Shown piece by piece: positions 50,665 to 63,455 of a stretch of 64,000 nucleotides of DNA. Numbering within the stretch: the first letter of the stretch is position 1; every line of letters starts with the position of its first letter. The notes under the pieces are model-generated. The model saw only the letters and a program-made list of their open reading frames with translations. It was not told where the DNA came from and did no database searches. A program made the translations under genes and the position numbers. Source of the stretch: Callorhinchus milii (lineage: Eukaryota); the NCBI RefSeq assembly GCF_018977255.1, contig NW_024704742.1, positions 36,334,001-36,398,000 on the forward strand. Direction: 5' to 3'.

Positions 50665-51790
50665 CTGCAACACAAGAAAAAGTCAAGGTTAATGCTACAA
50701 ATCTGGCCTCTTAGGATATGGCCTTCAGATGACACTGGGAGAAACTCCCTTCAGTTTTTGAATAATGCCATGGAATCCTTGGCGTCCATGGCGTTACCTG
50801 GACAGGTAGATAGATGCGCCTGGACCTCAGTTTAAAATCTCAACCTTCGGCAAAGCAGAACAAACAAGCACCTCATTTGGGTGTCAGCCTAGACTATCAG
50901 CTCAAAATCCTGGTTTGGGGCCTAAACCCAAAACCTTCTGAATCTGTGGCGTGTGTGCACTAACTCAGCCGGGCTGACACCTAACATAGTACAGTAAGAC
51001 AACAACAAGATCAACCTGTTAATGTGGTCAAACTTTCTCAGTCAATGTGCTGATCTTATTCGTTAATTTCCACTGTTACAAAAAAACCTACTTGGGCAGA
51101 TGTATTGAAATATAAAATTCTTGATATATGAATCTTTGTGAACATTTCTATGTACATAGAGAGAGGGTATGAGCATTGCCAATAGAACTAGCACTAAGGT
51201 GTGCTATTCAATGAGCCAAGGAGCATTAGCTATATGGCTGAACATGGCAGCATATCATTTTTTTTCGCGATATTTGACAAGTTCTAAAACTACCTTTTTC
51301 TAAACAATCAGTACTGATGACATCGTTAAGGCTTCTGACAAAGAAGAGACAGCGACAGCACCCCCTCACCCCCACAATGTCGTAGAAGTAATTTAACATC
51401 TGAAACCAGTGACTCAGGATCCTTCTGCCATTTCAACCATGTACACAGAATTATCTCATAAGGTTCTGACAAGCGAATAACAGTAACAGTTGAAAGTTTC
51501 ATGTCACTCTTCTCCAGAACAGCAATCAGTGCGTTAGCTGCTATGGAAAAAAACATGGTTACAGCACAAATTGTCTTTTCATGTTACTCAAACTCTGTTA
51601 TAGGAGACTATATGTGCTCCGAGATGCTACCCTGCATGGAGGGCACTTGTATAAGTGCAAGTTGTTGTATATAAGACAAACCTCTACCATATTTTTCTGC
51701 CCAATGCAACTATTGTAAAAGATTTGCTCTGGAAAGTATATCAAAGTACTTGTAACGTAGCACAGAGTTATTATAAAATATTTTGCGTAC

Positions 51791-51988
51791 TTTTGACAGA
51801 AGAGCTGGCCACAGTTTCTGCAGTGATGTCTTCTTTCTGTGAGGGAGAAGCGCACAGAACATCCCGAACAGCTGTCACCTCCATCATCCTTAACCCAGTG
51901 GTCAGCAGCTGCCCGCCCTGGCTGGTCACTCACTGACCAGCTAAACACTCGGCCTCGTCCATCTCCCACCATAATCTTACTGTGATCC
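51791..51988 (-). CDS. WDFY3: WDFY3 exon n-1, FYVE N-half (DHSKIMVGDGRGRVFSW...RRHHCRNCGQLFCQK)
   Basis: tcag|G GAT ... CAA AA|gtacgc; 198 bp. Confidence 0.96.
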
Positions 51989-52220
51989 CTGAGAGGCAAA
52001 GAAGAAATTAGTGAGACCCATTCATGTTACCTAAATTACAGCAAAACAGTTCTTTTCATAATTAGCATTTTATTCAAATATAGCATAAAGATAGTATAAA
52101 CATTTTAAACCTGTAAAGGGTGGAATAGGAGTCGAGTCTAAGGGAGATAATATCTAGTACCTTTGAAAAATAATTCACACAATCGGTTTGAAATGGATCT
52201 GCTTTACAAATGATACTCAC

Positions 52221-52332
52221 TTTGAAATGCCCAATGCTGTGATTTCTGCAGGGTGGCAATTATCTTTACGATCAAATGCTGTGTGCATAGTCAACTTGCT
52301 TCGAAACACCAACTGTCGTTCCCATCTATATC
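52221..52332 (-). CDS. WDFY3: WDFY3 exon n-2 (GYRWERQLVFRSKLTMHTAFDRKDNCHPAEITALGISK)
   Basis: tcag|GA TAT ... TCA AA|gtgagt; 112 bp. Confidence 0.95.
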
Positions 52333-53054
52333 CTGAAGGCAGAGAATATTGTACTGATAAATACTGGATGTGCAACTCCTTTCATTTGCAGTATGCAGTG
52401 CATGAACAATATTTCTGATACTGAAAGGCTGAAATTTACTTACAGTCCAGGTAATTCCAAAGTTCACTTACTATAATTGAATAAAGGGATATTTAGGTTA
52501 CCAATTAGAATTAAACATACACCAATAACCCAAGTAGAGGAATAATTTCTGTTAAAGATCAACAAATACAATGCCTCAAGTCATAGGTACTAACTACCGC
52601 CTCTCCACTGAATAATTCTCTTCAGTGCACTTTTTATACCATTTATTGCATATCAGCCTCAGGATCATTTTTAAAAAAATCTTACACTGATGCATTCACT
52701 TTCGGCTTCTGGGAATTATATGATTTGGAAAGGAACAAAATATCTGCTTTGCATTAGAGAATATTTAAAGCATCTTTTGGAGTTAACATTAATACAGTAA
52801 ACTAACTGTTCACTGTAAATGGACGGGCTATAATAAATACAAAATCTCCCAAAGAAATTGGGAAGGACATGGATATTTATTATGTAAATATATGTATTAT
52901 ATTTAACTGCCAGAAGAACTAGCCTGGTTTTCTGGTGTATAATTTACCTTTATCAAAGGGTTTAAATTAAGTATGCAATGGACACAGAACAAATATTTCT
53001 TTAAAAAAAATGAGAGCTGGATCCCTGGTTGGGTCCTTTTTTAAAACAAAAATA

Positions 53055-53476
53055 TTCCTTGTATTTGGTACATCGCCTTTCACGTCAGGACGACGTCTCA
53101 AAGCGATTCAAAGAACTTATTGTGACGTGAAGGTATACTTGTGGGCGAATGCAGCAGCCAATTTGCATGCAGCAATGTTCCACAAACAACCATGCGGTGA
53201 GTGACCAATTTTATCTGGGAGATTGTTGGCCAGGACACCAGAAGAAACTCTGTTCTCTTTTCGAATAATACCATTGGTTCTTTGATGTCCTCCTCAACAG
53301 GCAGATGGGAACTTGGTTTAATGTCTCAACCTAAGGACAGCACCTCCACCAATGGAACACCCCCCTCAGCACTGCACTGGAGTGTCATGTGATCCCAAAT
53401 GCTAACGTGGGATTGAAGCCACAACCTTCCGACTCAAGAGGCAAGAATGCTACTACTGCTACTGAGCCAGGCTGAT
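53055..53476 (-). mobile_element. Older Deu-domain SINE, near full length
   Basis: Same family; tRNA-like head at the right end. Confidence 0.75.
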
Positions 53477-53884
53477 GCACGAGGTGAAACACATGATGAT
53501 GCTCAAGATGAACATTCCCCATCCACCTATTCTACAAGCCTGCAGAGATGGATCAATGCAAATAGGTGACCACAACAAACCCAGCCCCTCCTGAACTTGG
53601 ACAGTGTGTTTGGTGGACAGGCCGGCACCGTTGCCTGGAGCTGTGACTCGAGGCGAGATATGCACCAAATCTCTGCAAAGCCCAACTTCTCTACTATCAT
53701 GCAGTAGCAGGTCCGATCAGTTGAATTCAGCAGATCCTCCCCCTCCTGTCACCACCAACGCAATTAGCAGCCTGGGAGATCCAGAACATGAGACGGCTAT
53801 GATGAAGGAATTTGGGTGAGTGGTCCACTCCAATTTACAGCAGTAGATTGTACAGTATTTAGAACAAAAAAAAGATTTGTTATT

Positions 53885-54255
53885 TATGATAATAATTCTT
53901 GTATTTGATATAGCGTCTTATTAGGTCTTCGAGACGTCTCAAAGCGCTTCACAGAATACACTGTAAAGTGAATCGACTGCATATTTTGTGGGCGAAAAGC
54001 GGCAGCCAATTGCACACAGCAGCGTCCCACAAACAGTCGTGGATGAGTGACCAAATTATCATTTTTTTTTAAAGGGATTATTACCTCCGGAAAAGCGATT
54101 TGCCAATCGACTAACAACTGGGTTCCTATATATTGCTAGGTAAACAGAGGCATGTGGAGCAAGGAAACTTGCCCAACGTTTCGCCCTGCTGGGAATTGAA
54201 CCCAGGTCCCCTGGCTTGTGAGGCGAGTGCTCTGACCAATATGCAACAAGACTCC
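53885..54255 (-). mobile_element. tRNA-derived SINE, long form, full length
   Basis: Reverse complement of head, middle segment and tail. Confidence 0.88.
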
Positions 54256-54398
54256 ATTTACTTAGAAGAAAATCACTTGGAAAAACGAGCCAATACAGTC
54301 AAAAAGATTTCTCTCATTGCATTTCAATCTGCTGAAATTCTCAAGAAGAGTTAACTAGTTGAAGAGGTTAAGTGGATCACATAGATGAAGACACTTAC

Positions 54399-54764
54399 CT
54401 AGTCTGAGCATGTTGTGATGACGCACTTCAGTCTGCCCGTGCTGCCCGGATTGTGGGTGGTGTTGGTGATACTGCTGCAGATGACTCTGCATTTGAGCTT
54501 GTGGTTGAGGTTGCGACAATGGCTTGTTCTGACTCTCTGAGAAATTGACAAAGACGAACCCGTCCTTCTCATCCAGACACAGCTGATCTGCCCAGCGTTT
54601 CGATTCCTCCCCATCTATCAGCCATGCTGCGGCGGATCTGCCAGGCACCCCCTTTGCCTTGTGTCCCGCGGAACCCAGATGAGTTTGCTTGGATTTGGGA
54701 TCTTGGCTGCTGCTCTGATCATCCAGGTCTGAATCACTACTGTCCTCATCCTGGGCTTCTCTGC
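54399..54764 (-). CDS. WDFY3: WDFY3 exon n-3, acidic linker, LIR motif and Q/H-rich tract
   Basis: ttag|GC AGA GAA GCC CAG GAT GAG GAC AGT AGT ... CTA G|gtaagt; 366 bp, open frame. Confidence 0.93.
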
Positions 54765-55109
54765 CTAAATGGCAAATATTAAATAATAATGGGAGAGATA
54801 AAGCACATGGTCTTTCACTACAGTTAGAGGCAAGAAGAGTGCAAATATGGATTTGTGCATTAATTATCTACAGGGTTTTGAAACAGCCAAGTTTAATGTT
54901 ATTGCATTTCTATTAGTATTTTCTTGACAAGTGTATCAACCAGAACTAAAACTGTTATATTCAATGTGTTATTCGTACAATTCAGGTTTCTACATAAATA
55001 CAGCAATTAATATTAAACCTTTCACTTGATATACAGCATCTGTAATAAGGTGCCATAACAAATGCAAGAATTATTATTATAATGTTGAGAACTTCTCAAA
55101 ACATGTCAT

Positions 55110-55445
55110 CATATAAAGTGTAGTGTCAGTATACTTATAGGCAAACGCAACAGCTGATTTGTGCACAACAATGTCCCACAACATTCATGAAGTGAATGAC
55201 CGATGTTATCTGGAGGATCGTTGACCAAGACACTGAAAAAAATCCTCTCTTTTCGACTAGTGCCATGCTATCTTTAAAGCCCACCTGAATAGGCAGGTAA
55301 GACCTCAGTTTAACATCTCATCAGAAGCCTCCAACAATGCAGCAATACCCCACATTGTATAGAGCTTCAGCTCGGACTGTATTTCAAATTTCAGTCATAG
55401 GGCTTGAACCAACAGCTTTCTGACCAAATGAGCCAGGCTGACACC
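55110..55445 (-). mobile_element. Older Deu-domain SINE
   Basis: Same family; the head lies about 35 bp from a WDFY3 donor site. Confidence 0.7.
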
Positions 55446-55478
55446 TAATTAACTCTATATACCACACCCTGCTCTTAC

Positions 55479-55581
55479 CTATCTGTGATACTCCACAAGA
55501 TTCCTGGGTGTTTTCAGAAAGCTCTCCGCTCTCCTCGGGAGCTGGTGTTTCTGGAACCTGTAAAAACTCCATTCTCCAGAA
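55479..55581 (-). CDS. WDFY3: WDFY3 exon n-4 (FWRMEFLQVPETPAPEESGELSENTQESCGVSQI)
   Basis: ttag|TTC ... ATA G|gtaaga; 103 bp. Confidence 0.93.
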
Positions 55582-56117
55582 CTAAAGAAGCAAGAATTAC
55601 ACAGGTTAACAGAAACATGTGGCAAGTGCAGAACAGCAGGAAATAATTCTGTAATCACCTTGGGGGGTGGGAATTAATAAGGAGGAAAAATGATAATTGA
55701 ACCCAAACCAGCTATCAACCATGTCTAATTCCGATAGCAGTCCTTCAGCAGGAATCAGAAGCCTTTGCTGGAATCAGGACCCAAACCTAGAGCATTTAGG
55801 CCACGTCATATAATTTACATTTATATAAATCAGCTGAGATCTGCTGATTCAGCAGAGGCTAGAAAATGAATCTGCAATTTTGCCCAGTGTGCACGACTTA
55901 GCTTTTCACTGGATAAACGCATTTAACCATTGGGGAAGATGCTCAATTCATGTTCAGAAGATTTGTTTGCTTTTAGTGTCTATTGTGTAGGTTCCGATTT
56001 TAAAAAATCACTGAAGATTTAGGAAATAATTTTAAAGGTTACTGACTCAAGTGTTTTGTGCCTCAGGCAATGTTTAAGGAAATTCTTCTCGTATTTGAGA
56101 CAGAGTTCAGTACTTAC

Positions 56118-56300
56118 CCTGACCACACCATCTGAATGTCCTGTGACAATAACATTCTGTGTGTGCCACTCATTCATCTCTGACACGCAGCAGCACTGGA
56201 TCTGCTGACTGCGTCCCGTGAAGGTATTGACATTCACCACCGGGTTCCCATTGATGTTCCACACATGAATGTAGGTGCCAGCACAAGAGACAATGTCTCC
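56118..56300 (-). CDS. WDFY3: WDFY3 exon n-5, WD40 (GDIVSCAGTYIHVWNING...IVTGHSDGVVR)
   Basis: acag|GGA ... AGG|gtaagt; 183 bp. Confidence 0.95.
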
Positions 56301-56974
56301 CTGTTCAAAATCAGTTAGAAAGAGCAATAAGTTACAGAGAGGGAAGACATTTTGACCCCCAAACAGATAAAAACAACTTAAACTATAGGAATATCTGAGA
56401 ACGGAGGTAAAACTACTGATACTAAATTTATCAAGATTCTCTATACAACCTCAAGCAGTGAGATCAGAATGAATATTAAAGTGCCTCACATTACATTCAT
56501 GCAACTCTTATTGACAGGATCTGAAGGACAAAGAGTTCAGTCTGAAAGTGACACAACTCTGGTCTGTGCTGTTATACAAATTGCTGGCAAATTACAGCAA
56601 TGCCATTGAAATCTTCAATCAAACAGCCCCTGGAAGCAATCTTCAGCCACTCTGAGGCCAGATTCAACATCTTTAGACTGTCACAACATAGACATAAAGG
56701 TGTTCGTTCATTTCTGCTACTGCGCACAGCTTGCTATCCCCTATAGAAATTGCACCAACACAGCTTGGCTCGGAATATCAATCAGAAATGGTTTCAGTCA
56801 GCAACGTTGCATCGTCAACATTAAAATGCTCGAAAGGCTAGTTTGGATCTCTTAAGGCCATTTCCTACCTTAATCCAACAAACTCAGCCCTGATTCCAAC
56901 TCAGAGTAAACAGTTCAAGTAAATAATGTACATTTCCACAAAATTGGGAACATGTTTCATGTACGGTACCAGAA

Positions 56975-57540
56975 AAAAAACACAAGAACAAATTTAGATT
57001 TATATAGCTCCTTTCACAGGAGAACATCCTAAGGTTTTGGACCTGAGCTGGGGGTGGGACCCAGGGGGCAAAGGTGAAAGATGCCCAGCTAAGGAGGATG
57101 GTGTTGAGGCAGATCTTGAAGGAGGAAGGGAAGTGTCAAGATATAGGGACTTTAGGATGGAGTTTCAGAGAATAGGGGCAGATAGGCTAAAAGCTCAACC
57201 ACAGATGGTGGGACTGGCGGGGTGGGGGGACCTGAAGCAAGCTGGGGCCTGCTGAGTGGAGAGAACAGGCGGGTTTGCAGGGCTTGAGGGGGTCACAGGG
57301 GTAGGATGATTGAGAACATGGAGGGATTTAAAAGTTGGGATGAGGATCTTAAACTTCATCCACCGGGGGATGGGGAGCCATTGGAGCCAGGCGAGGATGG
57401 TGGTGATAGACTTGTGGAGCCTAGTGTGGGAAAGGGCATGAGCTGCAGAGGTCAGGGTAGTCTGCAGCTTGTGTAGGGAGGAGTGGGTAATCCTACAAGC
57501 AGAGAGTTGGTGTAGTCAAGCCTGCATATGATGAATGTCT
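56975..57540 (-). mobile_element. Older L2 LINE 3' fragment (WDFY3 intron)
   Basis: Diverged match to the same L2 3' region and tail. Confidence 0.75.
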
Positions 57541-58271
57541 GGTCAGTCCTGAAGTTTAAAAAACTAGTAAGCCTATACTCTTCTCTCTTACATCCCTCAA
57601 TCAATTAATTTACCAAATAGCTGTCCAATTCCTCTCTTGAACTTGTTGATACAAAATTCGTCCACTGCCTCCCTGCCTGATCCATTCCACACATTCACCA
57701 AGAAATTCAATCTCAACAGTCTGTTCCCTTGTGATTGAAAGGATGTCTGTGAACATAATCAAGGATTTGCATTATGTCCAGAGGATTTTTCTGATCAATG
57801 CCAGTTGCAGGGAGGGAGGGAAAACAGAATGGGTCAACCATTTACCTGCCCCTTAATGGTCAGCTCAGGAGCAGTGAATACAGAGGCCTGGATTTGTGGC
57901 TGGCTGCAAATTCATTTTAAAATAGGTTTGAACTGTCGGGCTGTGTCAATCTGGTCCCAAAACAAGACAGCATTCCTTTTTGGGAGCTGTCTAACTATTT
58001 TCTGAGCTGCTGAAGGTCACGCTCCAGTTGTCATAGTGCCGTAAATAGTAGTTGTTTACATTAGCAGATGACAGCTCTGAATGTGAATCAGAAATCTCAA
58101 GCGTTCAGTTTGATTACACTATTCACCATTGACCAAATCAACAAATGTCAAAAGGTGTTCCATTTGCTTATTAACAGATCAGCAAACGACAGGTAAAAAA
58201 AAACCTTTACATTCAGTTTGCAAAAGCCCATGGTGGTCAGAGAATGGCTGTGATGGCAATACGGCGCTTAC

Positions 58272-58451
58272 CGTCAGCTCATTGATGCACAACGCTGACA
58301 CCGGTGCCCTGTGTCCCCGCAACTGGGTCACAAATGCCAGTTTATTCAAATCCCAAATGATGCAGGTTCGGTCGCATGACCCGCTGACGATGATGTGGTA
58401 GGCTGATGAAGCAGTTAAACAAGTCACTGTATCTGTGTGACCGTGGAGTGC
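58272..58451 (-). CDS. WDFY3: WDFY3 exon n-6, WD40 (ALHGHTDTVTCL...SGSCDRTCIIWD...RGHRAPVSALCINELT)
   Basis: ttag|GCA ... ACG|gtaagc; 180 bp. Confidence 0.95.
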
Positions 58452-59236
58452 CTAAAAGACAAGAGATAAAGGCAGCGTTACGACTGGGTTTTTATTGTAA
58501 AGGTTGTTGCCAAATGGCCAAATCAGAAAACAGCATGGATACCTAAAAAAAAAGCTGGAAGATATCGGAGCTAACTTTGGTTCCTGTTTGTATTTTTACC
58601 ACTTATGTTAAAAATATATCTGCATCAACAAGTTCATTTTAGGACACTGATGTAGACTTACCACACAGGAAGCTGCTAGTAAAAAAAACAATGTCTCATC
58701 ACCCTGTGGTACTACAGCACTCCTGTCACTCCAGACATAATCTGTAGGGAACCCGATCAGCTCAGAGCCAATGAGGATCTGAAATCCCCATGTTCTTAGG
58801 TTTAAGGCCATTTTATTAAAACTTGGAAAAAGGTCTTAAATTCGGTCTTAATTTGGAAACTGATTTTCTGTAGTTCCTTTTCATTACTACTGCTTGAATG
58901 GAATTTCCCCAGCTATAATCTTTATTCCCTGTTCATTCTGCAATAAGTATTAATTCGTACTTATTGAAGTCTGAATAAAAACCCCGCTCTGTAATACTGT
59001 TATGTATATATGTAGATCCCGATATTCTACATAGGAAATCTCTGCCTATCGCACTCTCAATTTAGAAAATACAGTTTAATGTTCCACTCTGAAGCTCTCT
59101 AAAGGGAGATTTAAAAACTAAGACAGGTGCAGTGGATCTAGGAGAGTTTAACCATGACATAACCACTTATCCACTAAGTTACTCAGAGCACGTAATGAAC
59201 GAACAGCATTACAATTTGCATTATTAAAACAGTTAC

Positions 59237-59395
59237 CTGTTTTAGGGTCAGGGCTTTTGCTTTCTCCTTGGAAGTGGTGATCTCCCACACACAAATGGCC
59301 GTACTTGTTCCTCCAGTAATAACTAGCTTAGGGTTGGGGCAAACTGTGCACAGTATCTGTCCCCATTCAGTCAGGCACTCGTACACTACCAAAGC
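59237..59395 (-). CDS. WDFY3: WDFY3 exon n-7, WD40 (ALVVYECLTEWGQILCTVCPNPKLVITGGTSTAICVWE...LTLKQ)
   Basis: ccag|GCT ... CAG|gtaact; 159 bp. Confidence 0.95.
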
Positions 59396-60542
59396 CTGGA
59401 AAGGGAAGAACAAAAACGTTAAGCATCGATTAAACTGTTAAGTTTGGTGAAAATGTACATGTGGTTTTAAGTATACCAAAGATGATCATCCAATCCTTTG
59501 GAAATGTTTTGGTGAGTGACGCTAGTCAATAACTGTATTGGCCTGAATGATCCGAGTATTTTTAATAGGAAAATCTCATGATTAATTCACACTGTTAGGA
59601 TCAATACATTTCTTAATGACCAGTGAATCACCCTGAAGAAGCTTGGTGAGGTATCAAAATAGAAATGGTACATTTTTATATTAGCTTGTTGGTTTTACAC
59701 CATTTGGGCTGACACTGGTGACTTCTGTGTCTTGCTTCTCTAATTTAGCAATGGGATAAACCTTCTCACTGACAAAGTTACTGATGTTCACTGTCGGTAA
59801 CTGAACTAATCTTAACGAACACATCACGTCAGTTCTAGGAGTAGTTTGGAGATCAGCTGCCGCAGTACAATGTAATTGTTAATTCTCTTGGCTCCCCTCC
59901 TCCAGTTATGCATTTGGACTTATTACATTGTTGTGACACCTCAAAACTCTTGTATTTTGTGGGCGAAACACTACAGTTAATTTGTGCATAGCAATGTCCC
60001 ACAAATAACCATGGAGTGAGTGACCAAATTTATTTGGGGAATTATTGGCCAGGATACTGAGATAAACTCTCTTCTCTTATCACATCCCTAGACTTTTAGT
60101 CGCCCTTGGTGGGCAAGATGTACTGTGGATACCAGGAGGATCCTGGTCAGTGACTGTGTTGCTATGAGTGAATGCTGTTGTGAACCGCCATTGTTTTTTC
60201 AATCTAAATGTATTTTGAATCAAGTTGATAGAATGAAGCTGAAATGAGCGATCGTAAGCATTCACTTAAACCATGGAAAATGTTTATCTGAAATTTAACC
60301 ACTGGCCTCAACATTTATAGTCTCACTGCTTTTACATTTGCTAATTAATGCATTATGAGAGCAATAGTAATGGCATTTGTGGTCGTCCTGCCCTGTTCCT
60401 AGTACAATGTTCTTTCAGATAATAATTCTTCCTTTTGATATATGACCAACAACTTCTGCACTTCACAGGGAATTGCTATTAAGTGTATAATAAGAGAAGC
60501 AACAACAACCAATTCAGGGTTGCTGTCGTTGTAGTTACTGAC

Positions 60543-60697
60543 CTTGTCAGATTCATAATTTGCCACCCTGCAACTGAGATCTGCATATCCCCAGGCAAAT
60601 GTCTTGTTCCAGGTGGGAGGAATCAGAACCTTGTGTTGTTCCACTGCGAGAACACCTTTATCCGTGTAAACAATCTGCCCCACTGGCTCCTTCAATT
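60543..60697 (-). CDS. WDFY3: WDFY3 exon n-8 (ELKEPVGQIVYTDKGVLAVEQHKVLIPPTWNKTFAWGYADLSCRVANYESDK)
   Basis: gcag|AA TTG ... AAG|gtcagt; 155 bp. Confidence 0.94.
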
Positions 60698-61747
60698 CTG
60701 CGGCAGACAAAGATATTGAGTTATTCTAAACATTGCGTGTAAAGACAGACCAAGGAGTTATTTAGACACGAAAAAATGCAAAAGGCAAAATACAAGAAGG
60801 TGTGACCTTTATACTTCATTGCCGGCCTCTCAACTCGGATACCCTAAATCAAACTATCAATGATCAACATTTGTACCAGGTCTCACCATTGTCATCCGAG
60901 GGCAGAGCTGCATTTGTGACCTTACTAGATCAAACAAGAAGCATACTGACGGTATCTGTAGATGGGGATGTGGTAAGTAAGGAAATGGCGGTTAGATCAC
61001 TGATCTATAGTCTAGGTTCACAAGTTCACCAGATTGGTTTGGATGAAGAAGGCCTTTCGATCTATCTCATCCTTCCAGAACACCCTATCATCCTTGCTCA
61101 AATGTAGCCCAAACAAGAGATTCCCTCCTGTTTCAGTTGGTTTGTCATGTTCTTTATCAACAGCAGTAAACCAGTTTCTGATTGACATGAACCACAGTAC
61201 AAACCTAAACCTGAATTATCTTATTTGTAATTTGATGCTGAGAATCTTATTTCATGACACGTGTGGGAATTTGGAAGCTCAATTAATATAGTAGTAGAAG
61301 TTCTTTACTGGGCATATTGTCACATCACAGAAGAGATCCCTGTACTTTCCTCTGACTGTCCTGGGAGTTCTCAATGTCAACACTGCGTAGCTTAGATGTT
61401 AGAGCTGGGAAATGGCACATTTCTCCATCGCTCACTGTAACTAGGTCAAAATTCACAACAGGTACTGTAAGCACTATATAAAACAAATAACGCTCAAAAG
61501 GCTTGAGCAAAATAATGATGGATACAACATCTTTGTTGAAATTCTTTTGTAGAAATTCCTGCTATAAGTTGAAAGCCGTAAATTGTAATACAACACAAGC
61601 TACAATCTGGATAGCTTAAACTTGTCGGTAGTCATCATCATTATTATTATTGTCTGATTTTAAACAACGTCTCTCCTAAACAGAAAGGGACCACTGGCTG
61701 TTTTAAACTGTATCCACTGTTAAATTATAACAATGATCACATTTCAC

Positions 61748-61895
61748 CTTTAACAGGAGTCAAAGAGGGTCTTAGGTTATCTAAATGGTGAAAGAAGATC
61801 TTGTCGGAGGTATAGCTGACTGAGGACGGCACACCAGACGATTCTCCGTTTATCCGGCTACGAGCTCGTTTTGGTGGATGAGGCTTTTTAAATAG
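61748..61895 (-). CDS. WDFY3: WDFY3 exon n-9 (LFKKPHPPKRARSRINGESSGVPSSVSYTSDKIFFHHLDNLRPSLTPVK)
   Basis: acag|CTA ... AAA G|gtgaaa; 148 bp. Confidence 0.94.
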
Positions 61896-61970
61896 CTGTG
61901 AAGATTAAACAAAGATGCATCTGTTTAAACACCATTAAAATAGGTTTCATTTGGTTTTCATTTCAAGATA

Positions 61971-62025
61971 CAGTGAACTCCTGATAATAAAACCCTTGGA
62001 GTGATGATATATCAGGAGTTTACCA
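61971..62025. mobile_element. Tiny pogo/Tigger-like palindromic remnant
   Basis: TA-CAGTGAACTCCTGATA...TATCAGGAGTTTACCA-TA. Confidence 0.55.
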
Positions 62026-62819
62026 TAATTAATTCATGCTGTGATTACAGAAATCTGATTGCTGAATCCTAAGTTGCTGAAATACTTCATGAAGCCCAGA
62101 ATCGTGTGAAATCAGCAAAACTTTCAAAGATAGCTGATACTTTCAAAAACAACAACTTGCAGTTGTATAGCGCACTTCATGCGGGGTAGTGTATCGGAGT
62201 GCTTTCCAACCAGTACCTTATGCAATATGGTGAAGAGATCCTGAACAAAGGATAATGATCTCAAATTTAGAGGGGCAAGGGTGAAATTTATATAGTATCT
62301 TTCACATCAGGAGGATGTGCCAAAGTGCTTTCCAGCGCCTTGGGACGTCCTCCTGACCTGAAAGGCGCTTTACAAATGTAGTATTGTTGTTCTTGTTGTT
62401 TAAATCCTCAGCAGACACCTTCTACTTTACACAGAGGCGGCAAACATGTGGCAAGGCTTGTCTGGGAAGGCAGTTTATGAGGGCATTTGATACATTTTTG
62501 ACATCAAAGAGGATTAGGGGATATGTGAGATGGGAGAATGGTATTTAAAAATAGAACAAACCAAAGTGTAGTACTGCTTTATTTGAAACAGGGGGTGAAT
62601 TAATTTGAGTTCTTTTTAAAATTCGGGAGGTCCAATTGACTGCCCACCAACTTTTTAGGGACCATTTAGCAATTGTAATGTTGTTAAAAACTAGGTCACC
62701 CGACAGGTGTTTAATATTTAAAGACTTGCTTCAGTTCAGTCTCCAGCCAATGCAACTAAGCAAGAATAAATCAGCCTTCCCGCTTTTAACTGTTTTGCGG
62801 CCGGAAGAGGTATCACTCA

Positions 62820-63155
<336 letters not shown>

Positions 63156-63189
63156 TTAGAGAGTGGTTAGCCAAATCTTTGGGGTTGTT

Positions 63190-63455
63190 TATATGTCGCC
63201 AGACAAGATTGGAAAGCAGAGAGAGAAGGGATGAGGTGGATGGCTTCTGGGGGAAGAGTTCCAGAGAAAGGGGCAAAGAGGCTGAAGGCTCACACACCAA
63301 CGGAGCGGTGGAGTGGGCCTGGGGTAATGAAGCCAGCTGGAGGTGCTGGAGTGGAGGGAATGTGGGTCCTACGAGATTGAAGCGTTAGGGTGGGGCAAGG
63401 TTGGGGAGGCATTTGAAGACAAGGACAAGGGGCTTAAAGGTGATGCACTGGGGGA
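63190..63455 (-). mobile_element. Degraded L2 LINE fragment
   Basis: GAGTTCCAGAG...GGCTGAAGGC...GGGGCAAGG pattern shared with other copies. Confidence 0.6.

Noticed and set aside
1..60078. Apparent minus-strand bias of the older Deu-SINE copies
   Set aside because: The sample is small, plus-strand fragments exist (about 22245-22330, 47110-47240, 63530-63660), and the bias does not follow gene orientation.
60802..61107. 101-aa ORF antisense to a WDFY3 intron with protein-like composition
   Set aside because: GTG start, no recognisable motif, and its 3' part overlaps a CR1-tail-like remnant similar to 24395-24450; probably chance.
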